DNA from: Tubulanus polymorphus
Taxonomy: Eukaryota > Animalia > Nemertea
DNA length: 64,000 bases
Assembly (NCBI RefSeq): GCF_964204645.1
Contig: NC_134030.1
Location: 3,700,778 to 3,764,777, forward strand
Direction of reading: 5' to 3'
The notes beneath the pieces are model-generated. The model was not told the DNA's origin and did no database searches. It saw only the letters and a program-made list of their open reading frames with translations. Position numbers and translations under genes: made by a program. Positions 1 to 11,571 of the stretch are shown here, piece after piece. How positions within the stretch are numbered: position 1 is the first letter of the stretch; every line of letters starts with the position of its first letter.

Positions 1-985
1 GGACCCCGTCAAGGGATTCAAATTCACTAAGCTAAGCCGTTCCCCGCTGGTGGAAGCGACACTTGACTCCTGGAAAGTAAGGGTTTTCGTTTGACTGGTA
101 CCCGCATGATCCGGCGGTGGCCCACTTCGAAACTTTAATTACTAATATCTCGGAATTTAAAGCAATTTTTAGCCGGTTCTTCTAAATGAATTGATAAAAA
201 TAGGTCCACGTTTATCGGCGTCAATATCTGATATCAAAACTATCCGGTTTAATGATGGTGCCCGGCCAGATGGGGCCCCATGGAAGTCAACCCGCTACCT
301 ATTTAAGCATATGATAAAACGATAGGAGTAAAAAAAGGTACAAGTTGAAAAGAAAAGTGGTCAATATTTGTTCTTTTATTTAAAAAAAACAAATATTTGT
401 ATTAACTATTAACCTAAAAAAGGTAAGTTTTCAGATTAGATTTTAAAGATTGCATTTCGGGTCTTGTAAAGCGTTCTATAGACCTGGGGTAGAAATTTAA
501 AAACTTTTCTGCTAGACTACAGTGTCTTCACTGGACGGAAGTAACCTCTTTGACACATGGGAAGTCAGGAGTTATGAGTGGTGCTAAATCATTCACACTT
601 CGTAGACAAATAAGCAACACAATTTTGAGATGTTAATTGACAAAGTAAAAGCCACAGAAAGTTTGGCCATGTACTATAAAACGAAGATTACCAACACGAA
701 ATATCCGACCAGAATTCCACCTGATGGCGGCCGAAACTTTCAATCCTGGGCGTCTTTCGGCAGATCGAAAAAAGATTACGCCGTTTTAACCGTTTGCCTG
801 CCGTGCCCATCATCCTGGCAATTGATAGTGTTTTGATGGATGAAGTACGGAAGTGCTGAAGGGATGTGAGAGATGGGAGAGGGAGAATTTGTGTGAACAT
901 AAAACATGTCTGAGGGTCGATTGATATGTACATTGAAGTTAATTTTACTACGCGCATGCGTTCCGTGTGAAATTTTGACCGATAG

Positions 986-1446
986 GTGCTGCCCCTCTAC
1001 ACATCGTTGACGGTAAATATGTGAACTAACGTATTACTCGCATGCCAGAGTAGAAGTATTAGAGGCCTTTTTATGAACCAGCAAAATCGAAATAGATTAG
1101 CTATTTAGATAGCCGATTAGTGTCAATTAGCATAACCGGGTATGTTGGCTGATAAAAACGCCAGGTAGAAATTATTCAATTATGGCCTACTCAGCAGCGA
1201 CTTCTACCGAGAACACCATATCGGTTGGATTAGATAATCGGCATACTTGCTCGCCGAGCGAGTATGCTGAGTATGCTAATCGATTATGATAACCAATGTT
1301 CATAAAAATGACGGATTATGACATAACCCATGCTCATAAAAACGTTTTGCATACTCGAATATACTAATCGAGTGTTCATAAAAAGGCCTTAAGCTATCGA
1401 GTTAGTTCACACGTTCACCGCCTATGAAATATAGTGGGGCAGCACT
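986..1446. mobile_element. Outer MITE-like element with degenerate ~45-bp inverted ends, containing a nested MITE
   Basis: ggtgctgcccctctacacatcgttgacggtaaatatgtgaactaac (986-1030) is an imperfect reverse complement of gttagttcacacgttcaccgcctatgaaatatagtggggcagcact (1401-1446). Confidence 0.55.
1063..1389. mobile_element. MITE, PIF/Harbinger-like
   Basis: Perfect 16-bp TIR: AGGCCTTTTTATGAAC (1063-1078) / GTTCATAAAAAGGCCT (1374-1389); flanks TAG/TAA; noncoding interior. Confidence 0.75.
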
Positions 1447-1506
1447 TAACGGCTTATTTTGGAAATGGTTGGAGTGCGTAATAAATATTCGTGTTGGTGT
1501 TGTTGG

Positions 1507-1709
1507 GGGTGCGATTCAAGAATAGGGGACTATAGCAATATATGTAGTGATAGTAATCAATTAAGTAATAATATTAGTAATTGATAATGATGATATATAA
1601 TGATAGTAATGTATATAGTAATTAATGATGATTAGGGAACTAAACCTAACCCTAACCTTAATCCTAACCCTAATCCTAACCACTAGTCCCCTATTCTTGA
1701 ATCTTACCC
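1507..1709. mobile_element. Non-autonomous inverted-repeat element carrying a telomere-like (CCCTAA)n tract
   Basis: 26-bp inverted repeat gggtgcgattcaagaataggggacta / tagtcccctattcttgaatcttaccc (2 mismatches); degenerate CCCTAA run at ~1645-1682; AT-rich low-complexity core. Confidence 0.7.
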
Positions 1710-2255
1710 GGCGTTTGTGAGGACGATCGTTTTTAGATTATCGACCAAAAGACAGCAGATTGAAACAAAATATACCTCAAATCAAAATGAAGACTAACCG
1801 TAAACACAAACATATTCCATTTCACTTTACGTTTAATAATATAATATGTATATAAATATGATACAGCAGCATTAGCTTTATACAATTTGTCTCAAAGAAT
1901 ATAAATTACAATTTGAAATAAAAACACTCGACTTTTGGCGTTGTCTTATACTATAATCATTAACTCGTTTTAAACCTCAATGATAGTTATTTGAATATTT
2001 TCACATAACAGAAATACGAAATTAAGCCAAACAATTATGACCATTATTATGTCAAAGAATGTACTCACAAATGTTTCAACCCATGAACGTACGAATCAGT
2101 TTTTACGTCCATGGTTTACCTCAGGTTAACGAGGATCTTTGCTTCAAGGCATGTTGGAGCATTTTACAAAAAAAAAAAAAAAACGTAGACATAAGATTAT
2201 TAATGAATAACACAGTTGGCACTGTGATAATAATATAGATAAAATTCCACACTAA

Positions 2256-2474
2256 GGCTAAACAAAAATGATACCTCGTTTCTCCGCAGTGGGCAGGTAA
2301 TTTTTGTAAAATATGATAAAATTCATAAACAGTTCATTTCCATAGCGGTCGGGTCTGTTATGGTGAAATTGATCACGATTTAAAAAAAAGTAATGTATGG
2401 GGTAGATAGGCGGCCGGCCGGGTCAACATTTAAGCTCGCAGAGCGGAGAAACAAGGTATCAATTTTTTTTGGCC
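2256..2474. mobile_element. MITE, PIF/Harbinger-like
   Basis: ~32-bp imperfect TIR ggctaaacaaaaatgatacctcgtttctccgc / gcggagaaacaaggtatcaatttttttttggcc, with TAA on both sides (3-bp TSD). Confidence 0.75.
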
Positions 2475-2475
2475 T

Positions 2476-2600
2476 AATATTGAAAAAAAAACCAAGTCTG
2501 AAATATGAGTAAATAGTTAAATCGGCGTTGAAACGTTGAATAAACTATTAACTCAATAACACATTTTGGACTTTATTTTTTCAATATCAATCTGGGATTT
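2476..2600. mobile_element. Degenerate copy of the Penelope-like inverted-repeat family seen at 20998 and 23872
   Basis: gaaacgttgaataaactatt...ttttggactt...ctgggatttt resembles the arm at 21125-21200; a partial inverted copy lies to its left; no intact ribozyme core. Confidence 0.5.
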
Positions 2601-5082
2601 TATATTCCGGTATTAGACTATTAAAACTACATAAAGCTGATGCTCGTGGATCCTTGTCCTCGCATGAGCAATTCTAAACCACACTACATTAATCTTACAA
2701 GACAAGAATGGCTTATCATATATACATGAATACCTATATATATAACCTATGTATTAAATACATTCAGATTCAAGCGATGACACACATTATGAAAATATTT
2801 TATCATTAAATATTTCTTTGCTTCAAATGCTAGCGTTTATATTGGCAGCACGATGAGGTGTTGATGCTACAGAAAGACGTATGATCTTAGCACCTTATGA
2901 CATAAGTGAAGCTAAACTACTATAATATAATAATATAACGTGAATAATATCTCTTGAAATTCCATCCATCCGCACAGCAACCAAATGGCGGCATGCCAGA
3001 AATTCGCAAAATTTACCGGGTACTGTTGGTCCAATCAGCTGGCTAAATAATAATTGAAGAACTGTAACACTATTCCCGATTGGTTTATGATGATGCTTAT
3101 CATGTGATTTGTTATCAGGCATACGCAGAGATGACATCATATCTCATGAGAAGTAGGATGTTGAAACCACATTTTATCATGAGCGCGCTATCTTCCTGAT
3201 TTACCTCCACCAGATCAATCCAAAATCTTGGATGCAATGAATTCACAACTTCATATACAAATACAAGCAACCAATCTACATCAATTGGGAAAAAATGGCA
3301 CTAACCCGAGTGAATATATCCGAGCAAACACACTGAATAGTTCATTAAAACAGAAAGATCGTTACTCCCCAAACATCTGATTAGTCATAAACTATCACGC
3401 GCTTAGATATCTCATGAGATGTGGATGCGTTTTTGAACCTTGAAGGCAGTAAATACTTTGTAATATATGGAGAGGTTATAACAGTTATTGTATTAATACT
3501 ACATGTATATACAAGAATCAAGGCAATTTTGAGCATAAAATATAGTTACACCGATAAATCACTTGTTAATGCATACGCATTACATGGTTTTTTAGTGTCA
3601 ATAGTTGTATATTTGCATCCATTAAATGGACATTTTACGACAAAATATATACATGTACATTTCGAAAACTTGCGTAATAAGACGTACATGAATGTACATA
3701 CAGACAAGCTGTGTTACACTACTAGTAATTGTTTGAAATACATTCATGAAAGAATAAATTTAAGGAGCAGCAAATTAATGAAAATTTCAGGAGAAAAGCA
3801 AAGCAGATTTTAAGAGTAGCAAAGCAAAGCATATTGTGTCTTATTTGAGATAATCCTGGGCATATATAGGTACAGGAGAATCCCTCTTTGAATCATGCAC
3901 GATAAACCAACTTGATGTCGAAGTTGGAGATTATTCGAACTTGTTGTATCTAGATTATGAAGTATGGTCCACAATCGATGAAAAAGAAGCGATTTTGGTC
4001 CAATATGTGAAAAACATCGCTTTAAATAGAATTTGCAATAACCAAAGCAAAATCCGAAAAAATGCTTTGTCTCTTGGTTTGTTGATAGAGCTTGCACTGT
4101 CAATAATCTATATACTTTTAACAATAGTGTTTGGTCCAGTTCTGACGAAAAGCAGTAGCTATATGTAATAAATCAAAGCCTTGCGGTGCAAAAATCAAAC
4201 CCTTAAATGCACTGTGACAAAAAGAATAGACTTATCAATATCTTAAGACACAGGTAAAATTAAACCCAGACATGTGAAACCCTGGGTCCTACATGGTTTA
4301 GAAAATGTAGTGGATTTTGAAGAACAAGATGATAACATCGATATATCACAACATTGCAACTTTACTCAACTAGGCCTCAAATGTTTAAGCAACAATTTGC
4401 TACACGAAAAACAATTGATTAGTTTCATAACTCACAAAATAATCATCGCACATGTTTTAAGAGAGTTGAATAGTTTCACTACAAATGCAATTAGAATCTA
4501 GTTGTTACAAAGCTTTTCAAATCTGATTTAGTTCATTAACAATAAAAGAAGTAACTGGTCATTATAAAAGCAGTCATCAGAGAGTGCTTACTTCTGATTA
4601 TGGGTTATTGTTTTGTCTGATGATGCCATTAAGATCATACGAGATCTCCCCTGAATTATTCATCAAGATTTTGAGTTTGAATATCTTGTAAAAACAATAC
4701 TCATTTCCATAGAATGATCAGTATCTACATTCTCAATGTAATGATAACACTCAATAACAACAACTCCTCTGTAAGCCACAAGTTATTTTAGTTCTAAACG
4801 CTCTGAGTATTGAGGCACAAAGCCTGGTTTCATTCATAAACAGTCGGTTAGCATCCAGTGCTCAGGTTTTTCAAACTATATCCAAGTACAAATTATCAGG
4901 AAATAAGTATCAGGTACTGTAGAACTGCTATCAGAGTTTCTACTGTAGACTTCTGTTCACTTACTTAAGAATTATGGGTCAACTTCATTTTTAACCAATA
5001 ACTTCAGTTCCAATTCTTAGTTTATTCAAACAGCATATCAGATGATTGGTTTTCACATCGCTCCTGAGAAGAGCCTCTTAGA

Positions 5083-5253
5083 CAGGTTTTGATTGAACTT
5101 ATTTCAGTTTTGAAATAGGAATTCAAGATTACAAACTCTCTACCTTTTCACGGTTTACTGATCATGCTTTTAAGGAATAGGTAGTGTATTCTGGTCGACA
5201 CAAATGCGCCAAAAGAGAATTTCGGAATCGGTAGAAACCAATCCAAAACCTGC
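5083..5253. mobile_element. Dispersed MITE-like repeat, copy 1 (just after the stop codon of the AZI2-like gene)
   Basis: Inverted ends caggttttgattg / caatccaaaacctg; colinear diverged copy at ~26290-26480. Confidence 0.6.
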
Positions 5254-5279
5254 CTCAAACTATTGTGAACTGCATTTTT

Positions 5280-8200
5280 TTACTCATGCATATTCAATGT
5301 ACCAAAAGAATCGACTACTGGTTCCGTCGCGTGGTCATCCTCATCGAAATGACTGTTTACGTGCGATTCATAATCGGCCTGCGGGATCGAGTCGGGATAC
5401 TGTTCCGAGCAAACCGGACAAACGCGATCGTCCTCGCTGATTACGTGGCCCGGAATTATTTCGCCTTCCAATTCGTCGGGCGTCTCGCAACATTCGAGCA
5501 CGTGCTGCTGAATCTCTTCCATCGTGATGAGCGTGTTCGCGAAATCCATTCGACAAATCGGACACATACGACACGAATCGACCGGCGCGGCTGCCGCCGT
5601 TTTCACGTTACTCGAGCTGTTGTTGCTCATTTTATCGACTTCGTCGCGGTAGATGTTTTTATTCGGGATCGTCTTGTGACCGATTAACGGGTCGTTGTTC
5701 AAAAATAAATTCGGCGCAAACCGCGAGCCGGACGACGCGTCGGTATTCTCCGTCTCGTGGCTCATTAATAGATTCACGTTCTGCGTCATGTTGTCGTAAC
5801 TCTTCGGCATCGTCTCCGCGCAGCCGTCGTTTCGTTCGATATTCAAAGGTCGCGGTAACTGATAGGAACTGTTCGGTCGATATCGATTCTCCAGTTCTAA
5901 ACTCGGGTCGACGTTCTCGACGGGGTAATTACCGGACGACGCCGGCGCGCTCGCTCGATTACCGGCTGATCGATTCGAACTAGCGCCGAATCGTGGTGAA
6001 CTATCGCTGAAACGTGAGAGCGCCGTTAAAGAAGCGCTGCCGGTCATCGCGCCGCTGCCGCCAGGAGGCAATATATTATCCCGGCTCGACGCTCCTTTAA
6101 CAACGTTTTCATCGAAGTCGAAATCCTCAGCAGTATCGATATTCTCTAGATCGGCGAGGTAATCCTCATCGGGGCTTTCATCGTGCAGGTGTTCTAATGA
6201 ATCATTCCTGGCAGCCGGTAGCTGACCGAGCCAGCTCTGTAACCGGTCTGCGCCGCCGCTAACATCCAATCGTTTATAATTACTCAAATTGTCGTTCATC
6301 AACGCGCGGTGATTATCTTGCATTTCCGTATCGATCGGCGACGATAACAGATCGATTTGGTCGGTCGCGTTTTGGTTGTACAAATCATTTTTAGTTCGTG
6401 AGTTAGCCGATAGGGAACTATGAGCCGGCGATGGTTTGAAATTTTCCGCGACGCCGTGCTGGTACGGTCTCTTCAAACCTAACTCCTCCTTCATCATATC
6501 CTCGGCGCACTGCATGGCAGCGGTGGTCACCGTGTTTCGAGGCCACACTCTCGTTTGCTGAGATTTCGGCGTTTTCGGACGCGCGCCGAACGATTGTTGA
6601 CTAGAACTTCGTGACGTGGCAGAAATCGAAACTGCAAAGCAAATTATGACGATTATAAGACAATGTACGGATGAGGAATCAGGTCTAAGTGAAAGTCACA
6701 TTTGTTGCAAATGAAGGGAAAGGGGTAAAATATCTACCATTTTTCCTGATGTAAATAAAGCTTAGAATTGTGTACATTGTCATAGGGGGTTGAATAGTGT
6801 ACCAACATACTTTATGAACAGCAACCACCATTAGCAGAATTTTATACCAGAATTTGAAACAGGATCCTGAGAGATCAGTCATTCTTGGATATAAGGAGTC
6901 TTCAAGGAGTTTTAAAGAAGAACATTTCAAATTTTGAGGAAGCGTCTGCATCACTTTCATATCCTAATTACTGTAGACTCCACCTAAATCGGTACTGTTT
7001 ATCTCATCTAAACCACTAATTCATAACCAAATTTTTATCCTTACTGTACAACTACAAACTAGACAAAAATTTCGAATTGCCCATTTCTCAAAATTGCAAG
7101 AGTTTTAAAGGAGTTTTAGGCATTTTGCTCAAATTAAAGGAGTTTCAAGCACCTTTTAAAGGTATTTTCTGTTTTATAAGGAGTTTTTCAGGAATAGAGG
7201 AGTTGTAGGGACTCTGTGAAAACATCATTTTCATAGTTCCAACGGGAGCCGTGGAAATATGCACAGAATTGTCAGACAGCACTCAAGATTCACCCTACCC
7301 ACCACTTCTACACCCTACCCACCTCTTCCACACCCTACCCACCTCAGCCACACCCTAGCCACCTCTTCCACACCCTATCCACCTCTTCCACACTGACTCT
7401 ACCCACCTCTTCCACACCCTACCCACCTCAGCCACACCCTAGCCACCTCTTCCACACCCTACCCACCTCTTCCACACCCTATCCACCTCTTCCACACCCT
7501 ATCCACCTCTTCCACACTGACTCTACCCACCTCTTCCTTTTTGACTCGACAGCACGTTTGATCTGTCTTCCTCGCGTTTGATCAGCTGGTGAATTATAGT
7601 CTGTTGATTGCCGATGAGTTCCGAAAATTCTTTCACTTGCGCCCGCGATTCAAACACCTTCGTGCACATTGATTGCAATAAAGAGACGTCGACATCTGTA
7701 ATTAGAATAACATCATATCTGAGCATTATCTGTAGGTCTAAACAGTCTAACTCTTGTTTAAATACCACAACGCAGTTAAACTCCATCCAATACAACTGTA
7801 GGGCAGTTTAACTTGAGATACGGTACCTGTAAGGACATAGTTCTACGGTAGCGGGCTTAGAATTTGATTCTAGGGTTGACCAATGGGGAGCTGTATTTCG
7901 CTAAGACTGTCTATGAATAAAACTCTTACCGTTATCAGTATTAGCCATTGATTCAGCACTACTCTGCGGTATATTCTCGTGGCCGTCATTCCTGACGGTT
8001 TTAACGCGATATTCTTGTAACTGTTTCTCAGCGAATTGAAGTTTCTTCTCGAGACTGACGATCTTCTTCAGATAGGAATCATTTTCCAGTTCGAGTTTGT
8101 GGTTTTTTTCGACATGTTCATTCTCGCGGATACGTACCGAACTACCGAGGCTTTTTATCTCCTCTTTAAATCGGATATTCTCGACGGATAACTCTTCGTT

Positions 8201-8608
8201 CGCCCGTTCGATGTTTTGACATCGTTCTTGAAGATCGATGACTTTTTCGCTGAGCTCGCGATTCGATTGTTGTAACTGGAAATTCTGTGATTCGAGCGAC
8301 TGGCAAATATTGGACACTCCGCCGACGGTTAGATTAGTCTGCGACGGAGAAGCGTCTAGATTCAGGTCTCCGTTCTGCGTCCCGCTACCGCACATAGCCA
8401 TGTTTACATCCGGTGGTGAAGTGTTTATTCCCTGTTGTTGAATGTCTAATATTTTACGGCTCAACGCGCGGTTCTTTTTCTCGCACTCGCGGAAACGGTT
8501 TTTAAGATCGTTGTAAGCGGTGTTGAGGGCATGATGCGAACCGGCCTGCACTTCGTCACATGACGCTTGTCTTTTCGATGAAAACAATGAAGGAATTATA
8601 GACGACAT
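5280..8608 (-). CDS. AZI2/NAP1-TBKBP1/SINTBAD-TANK family TBK1 adaptor-like protein with two C-terminal UBZ-type zinc fingers (~731 aa)
   Basis: Coding exons 8608-7930, 7695-7531, 6631-5280 (GT-AG, phases consistent); 5'UTR exon donor at ~9357. SHHALNTAYNDLKNRF resembles the AZI2/TBKBP1 SHFAL.TAY.DIK.RL helix; long coiled coil; exon 2 helix resembles a TBK1-binding domain; C-terminal CPIC..EIQQHVLEC and CPVCSEQYP..DYESHVNSHF resemble TAX1BP1/CALCOCO2 UBZ fingers. Confidence 0.8.
7291..7537. repeat. 20/24-bp intronic minisatellite, ~12 units, starting at the exon/intron junction
   Basis: Tandem ACACCCTACCCACCTCTTCC variants; the transcribed strand reads GGAAGAG|GTGGGTAGGGTGT. Confidence 0.9.
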
Positions 8609-9446
8609 CTGAGCGACATTTTGGACTGAAAAGGTAAGAAAGAAACAACATCGTTATTTAGCCAGCAGTGACAATAATTACACTATCCACTTCATTCAGT
8701 ATTAAGGCGCTAATCCATCTTTTATGAAAACTTTTCACTCCACACAGGTTTATAATTTGTCCAACCAGCAAAGCCTAAAGCCCTCAAAGTGCAACAAACA
8801 GACTCCCTACTCTCCAGTTATTTATATTTATGATTTAGGTGGTCTCCTTTAAGCAGAGGGACTTGACAATGTATGGGTCCAGTGACCACCCTGATATCTC
8901 TCTACTAGTAAAATAGTTATCATACAGGGATAATGGGGACTGGGAGGGATGATCAGAGGCCATAGGGATAATCTGAGGTCATTGATAGCTTGACTGGTTT
9001 CCATTAAATCTAGTCGACCATCATTCATTTACTGACAAAATGTACCCCTGCGCCCTGACCCACCAATGCCTTGCGTCTGTTGTACTCAATGCTGCTTGTA
9101 GTAGGTTACCTGGTTACTCCTCATCAATATCAGTTTTTGTGGGAAGGCTATTTCAAATTCAATATCTATTATTGCCCCAGTGATTTAGAAATAGTTTTGG
9201 CTGACGACTTAGGCCTTTATTGATTTTGTTGTTTTGCCCTTCCTCTGCTCTTTCTGAATCTGACTGACGTTTCTTCTACCCAAGTGTCAGTTCGACCTTC
9301 TACAGATTCGTAGCTGTTCCAAAGAATCACTTAGAACATATCTCAATTCATACTCACGATTGATATCTTGTTATCTATATGTGTTATGTCTTCACATCGA
9401 TGTTTATAATTTACTTAAATTTCACGCGAAAATTCAGGTAAATAAC

Positions 9447-9527
9447 TGACTCAAGTGAAATGGCGAACGGGGGAATCCCAATGACGTCATTATCTTCAAG
9501 ATAGGAAGCCTTATATCAGGAAATTCC
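9447..9527 (-). promoter_or_regulatory. Putative proximal promoter of the AZI2-like gene with AP-1, IRF-core, kB and CRE motifs
   Basis: TGACTCA 9447-9453, AAGTGAAA 9453-9460, GGGGAATCCC 9470-9479, TGACGTCA 9482-9489, GGAAATTCC 9519-9527, immediately upstream of the first-exon donor at ~9357. Confidence 0.6.
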
Positions 9528-9907
9528 AAAAAATCATCATAATTAATTTACTGGCATGGACAGTAGTTACTAACCTTAATAATGTGTCTAATTTTTACCC
9601 AGGTAATCAAAAATAAGGAAAAGTCACTTCAATAATCCACAATCCATAAAAAAGGTTAATGGTCAACGACGATCCATTCGCCATCTGCTGTAATACCGCC
9701 ATTCATCGGGTTTTCAAACTTAACGGAACAGGCTTTGAATGCCAATTTACCGGAGCTAGTGTCGACAGACCTGCCGCGGCCCGGAACGGCCACTCCGTAA
9801 ACGACTGGGTGAAACAGGCTTGTCGTGTAAATCGCGATAAAATTTCACATATCGAGGAGCTGATTATTTATTTCCCATTGTTTTGCAATGGTATTTTAAT
9901 AATTTTA

Positions 9908-10022
9908 GGTCGATAACTGCAGAAGATTAAATTCGCCTCAGAGCGGTCGATATCTGCACCGAATAAATTCGCTTCTCAGGGCAGGTCGTTATCTGCAGAA
10001 GCTAAATTCGCCTCTCAGGGCG
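9908..10022. repeat. Three tandem ~37-39-bp repeats
   Basis: ggtcgatanctgcagaagnntaaattcgcct(ct)cagrgc repeated 3 times; probably internal to an unrecognised transposon. Confidence 0.7.
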
Positions 10023-10903
10023 AATTATCATCGGCTAGAATGGATTAAAAAACCAAAGTTAAGTTCAACTGCCAGTCCTTTCTGAAGACTTCTATCAGGT
10101 ATCTACCACAAAAAAGACAAAATGATTGAGCTAGGCCACCCGGCCTGAAATGCTGCTCTCAGAAGTCAAAAGTTGAAATAGACAGTACCTTACCGCCGTG
10201 CCGCATACGCGAAACGCCTCAAGTTTATCAATCATCTTTATTTTTCCAAAAAAATCATACAATAATCGGTTTTTTTTAATATGGATGATACGGGGCACTC
10301 GGTGTAATTCATTCAATATTTGATTATATTTGAAATCAGCAAGGGCAGACAAGGCTCCACTAACTGGGAGAGGCACCGATTATTCATAATATCGACGAGA
10401 ATCTCCTTTCTCGCATCGAATTTTAATTATACTATGTATTGTTTTGAAATCGGAGTCGTTCGGTCAAAAGGACGGCCTACATCGACTGGCCCGCAGTACC
10501 AGGGAGAATCCTAATAGTACCTATTTGGGGTCAAAAACTTATTATGTCGGGCCCCTGTGTGCTAAAGGAAACATTTTCGGACTCAACGTGATTTTCTTGT
10601 TATTATTGTGGGATTTTTCTACATGAGAAAAAATCGTTCAGTAATCGCTGGCTAACGGCATTTTTTACCCGGCCAATTGTTATTTAGCCAAACGCCGATT
10701 CTCCGTGGTTAGAAATCAATCCCAAGTTTCGATTTTTCACGTGTTATTTTTTTTTAATCTAAAAGATGTCGATAGCCTGCTTGCCGTCACAAAAATAGGT
10801 CACTGTGCCGTCAGCTGTCAAGCTGTATCTGGTTGTGTACTAGTAACGTGACATTATTTCAGGCCAAATTTGTTCAGTACAGCATAGATAGATAAAACGA
10901 CTA

Positions 10904-11571
10904 ATGTCGGCGGACAAAAAAGGTAAGCATAAACTGTGTGTACAGTGAAAAAAAAAATCATTACACTACTAGTCTGAATGTATCAATAATTCAGCTCATA
11001 CTGTCTCTCAAGCGCACTTACGTAGTCTCTCAAGACGACCTAAGACAATATATTTTGACTAATTTCAGTTGGGAAACACCTTGTTTTCGTGTATGGAACG
11101 TTGAAGAAATCTCAACCTAACCATCATTGGTTCTCCAAAGGCGGCAGTTACCAGTTCGTAGGTGCTGCTAAGCTATCAGAACCAAGGCCAATGGTCGTAG
11201 CTGGTCCGTACAACATTCCTTATATAATTGACTGTCCCGGTACAGGAAAGGTACCGTACCGTTCGTTCGCCTTGATCTGTATTAGATATGTTTTCTAAAC
11301 TTGAATGATTATTTCAATGCTTTGTTGTTTGTAGAATGTAGTGGGTGAAGTTTACGACATCGACGACGAAGCTTTTGCTCATTTGGATATTTTAGAAGAC
11401 TATCCAATACACTATACCAGAAAACAAATACCAGTTACATTACTGAACGATGATATTCATCGTACTGTAAACTGCTGGTGCTATTTTCTGGCGAATCCTA
11501 AACAAAGTCTTCTAGAATTACCGCACATTGAATGTTTCAACCACGCCCAGTGCGGGTACACCCCCATGTAA
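10904..11571 (+). CDS. GGACT: Gamma-glutamylamine cyclotransferase, copy 1 (145 aa)
   Basis: Exons 10904-10922, 11069-11250, 11335-11571; motifs VFVYGTLKKSQPNH, VVGEVYDID, LDILEDYP..Y.R (GGCT/AIG2-like fold, catalytic Glu retained). Confidence 0.9.

Noticed and set aside
2895-4501. Several 75-130 aa ORFs in the AT-rich region downstream of the AZI2-like gene
   Set aside because: No domains or splice structure; composition typical of UTR or intergenic DNA.
5204-5687. Plus-strand ORFs (78 and 140 aa) overlapping the AZI2-like last exon
   Set aside because: Antisense shadows of a GC-richer coding exon; no motifs.
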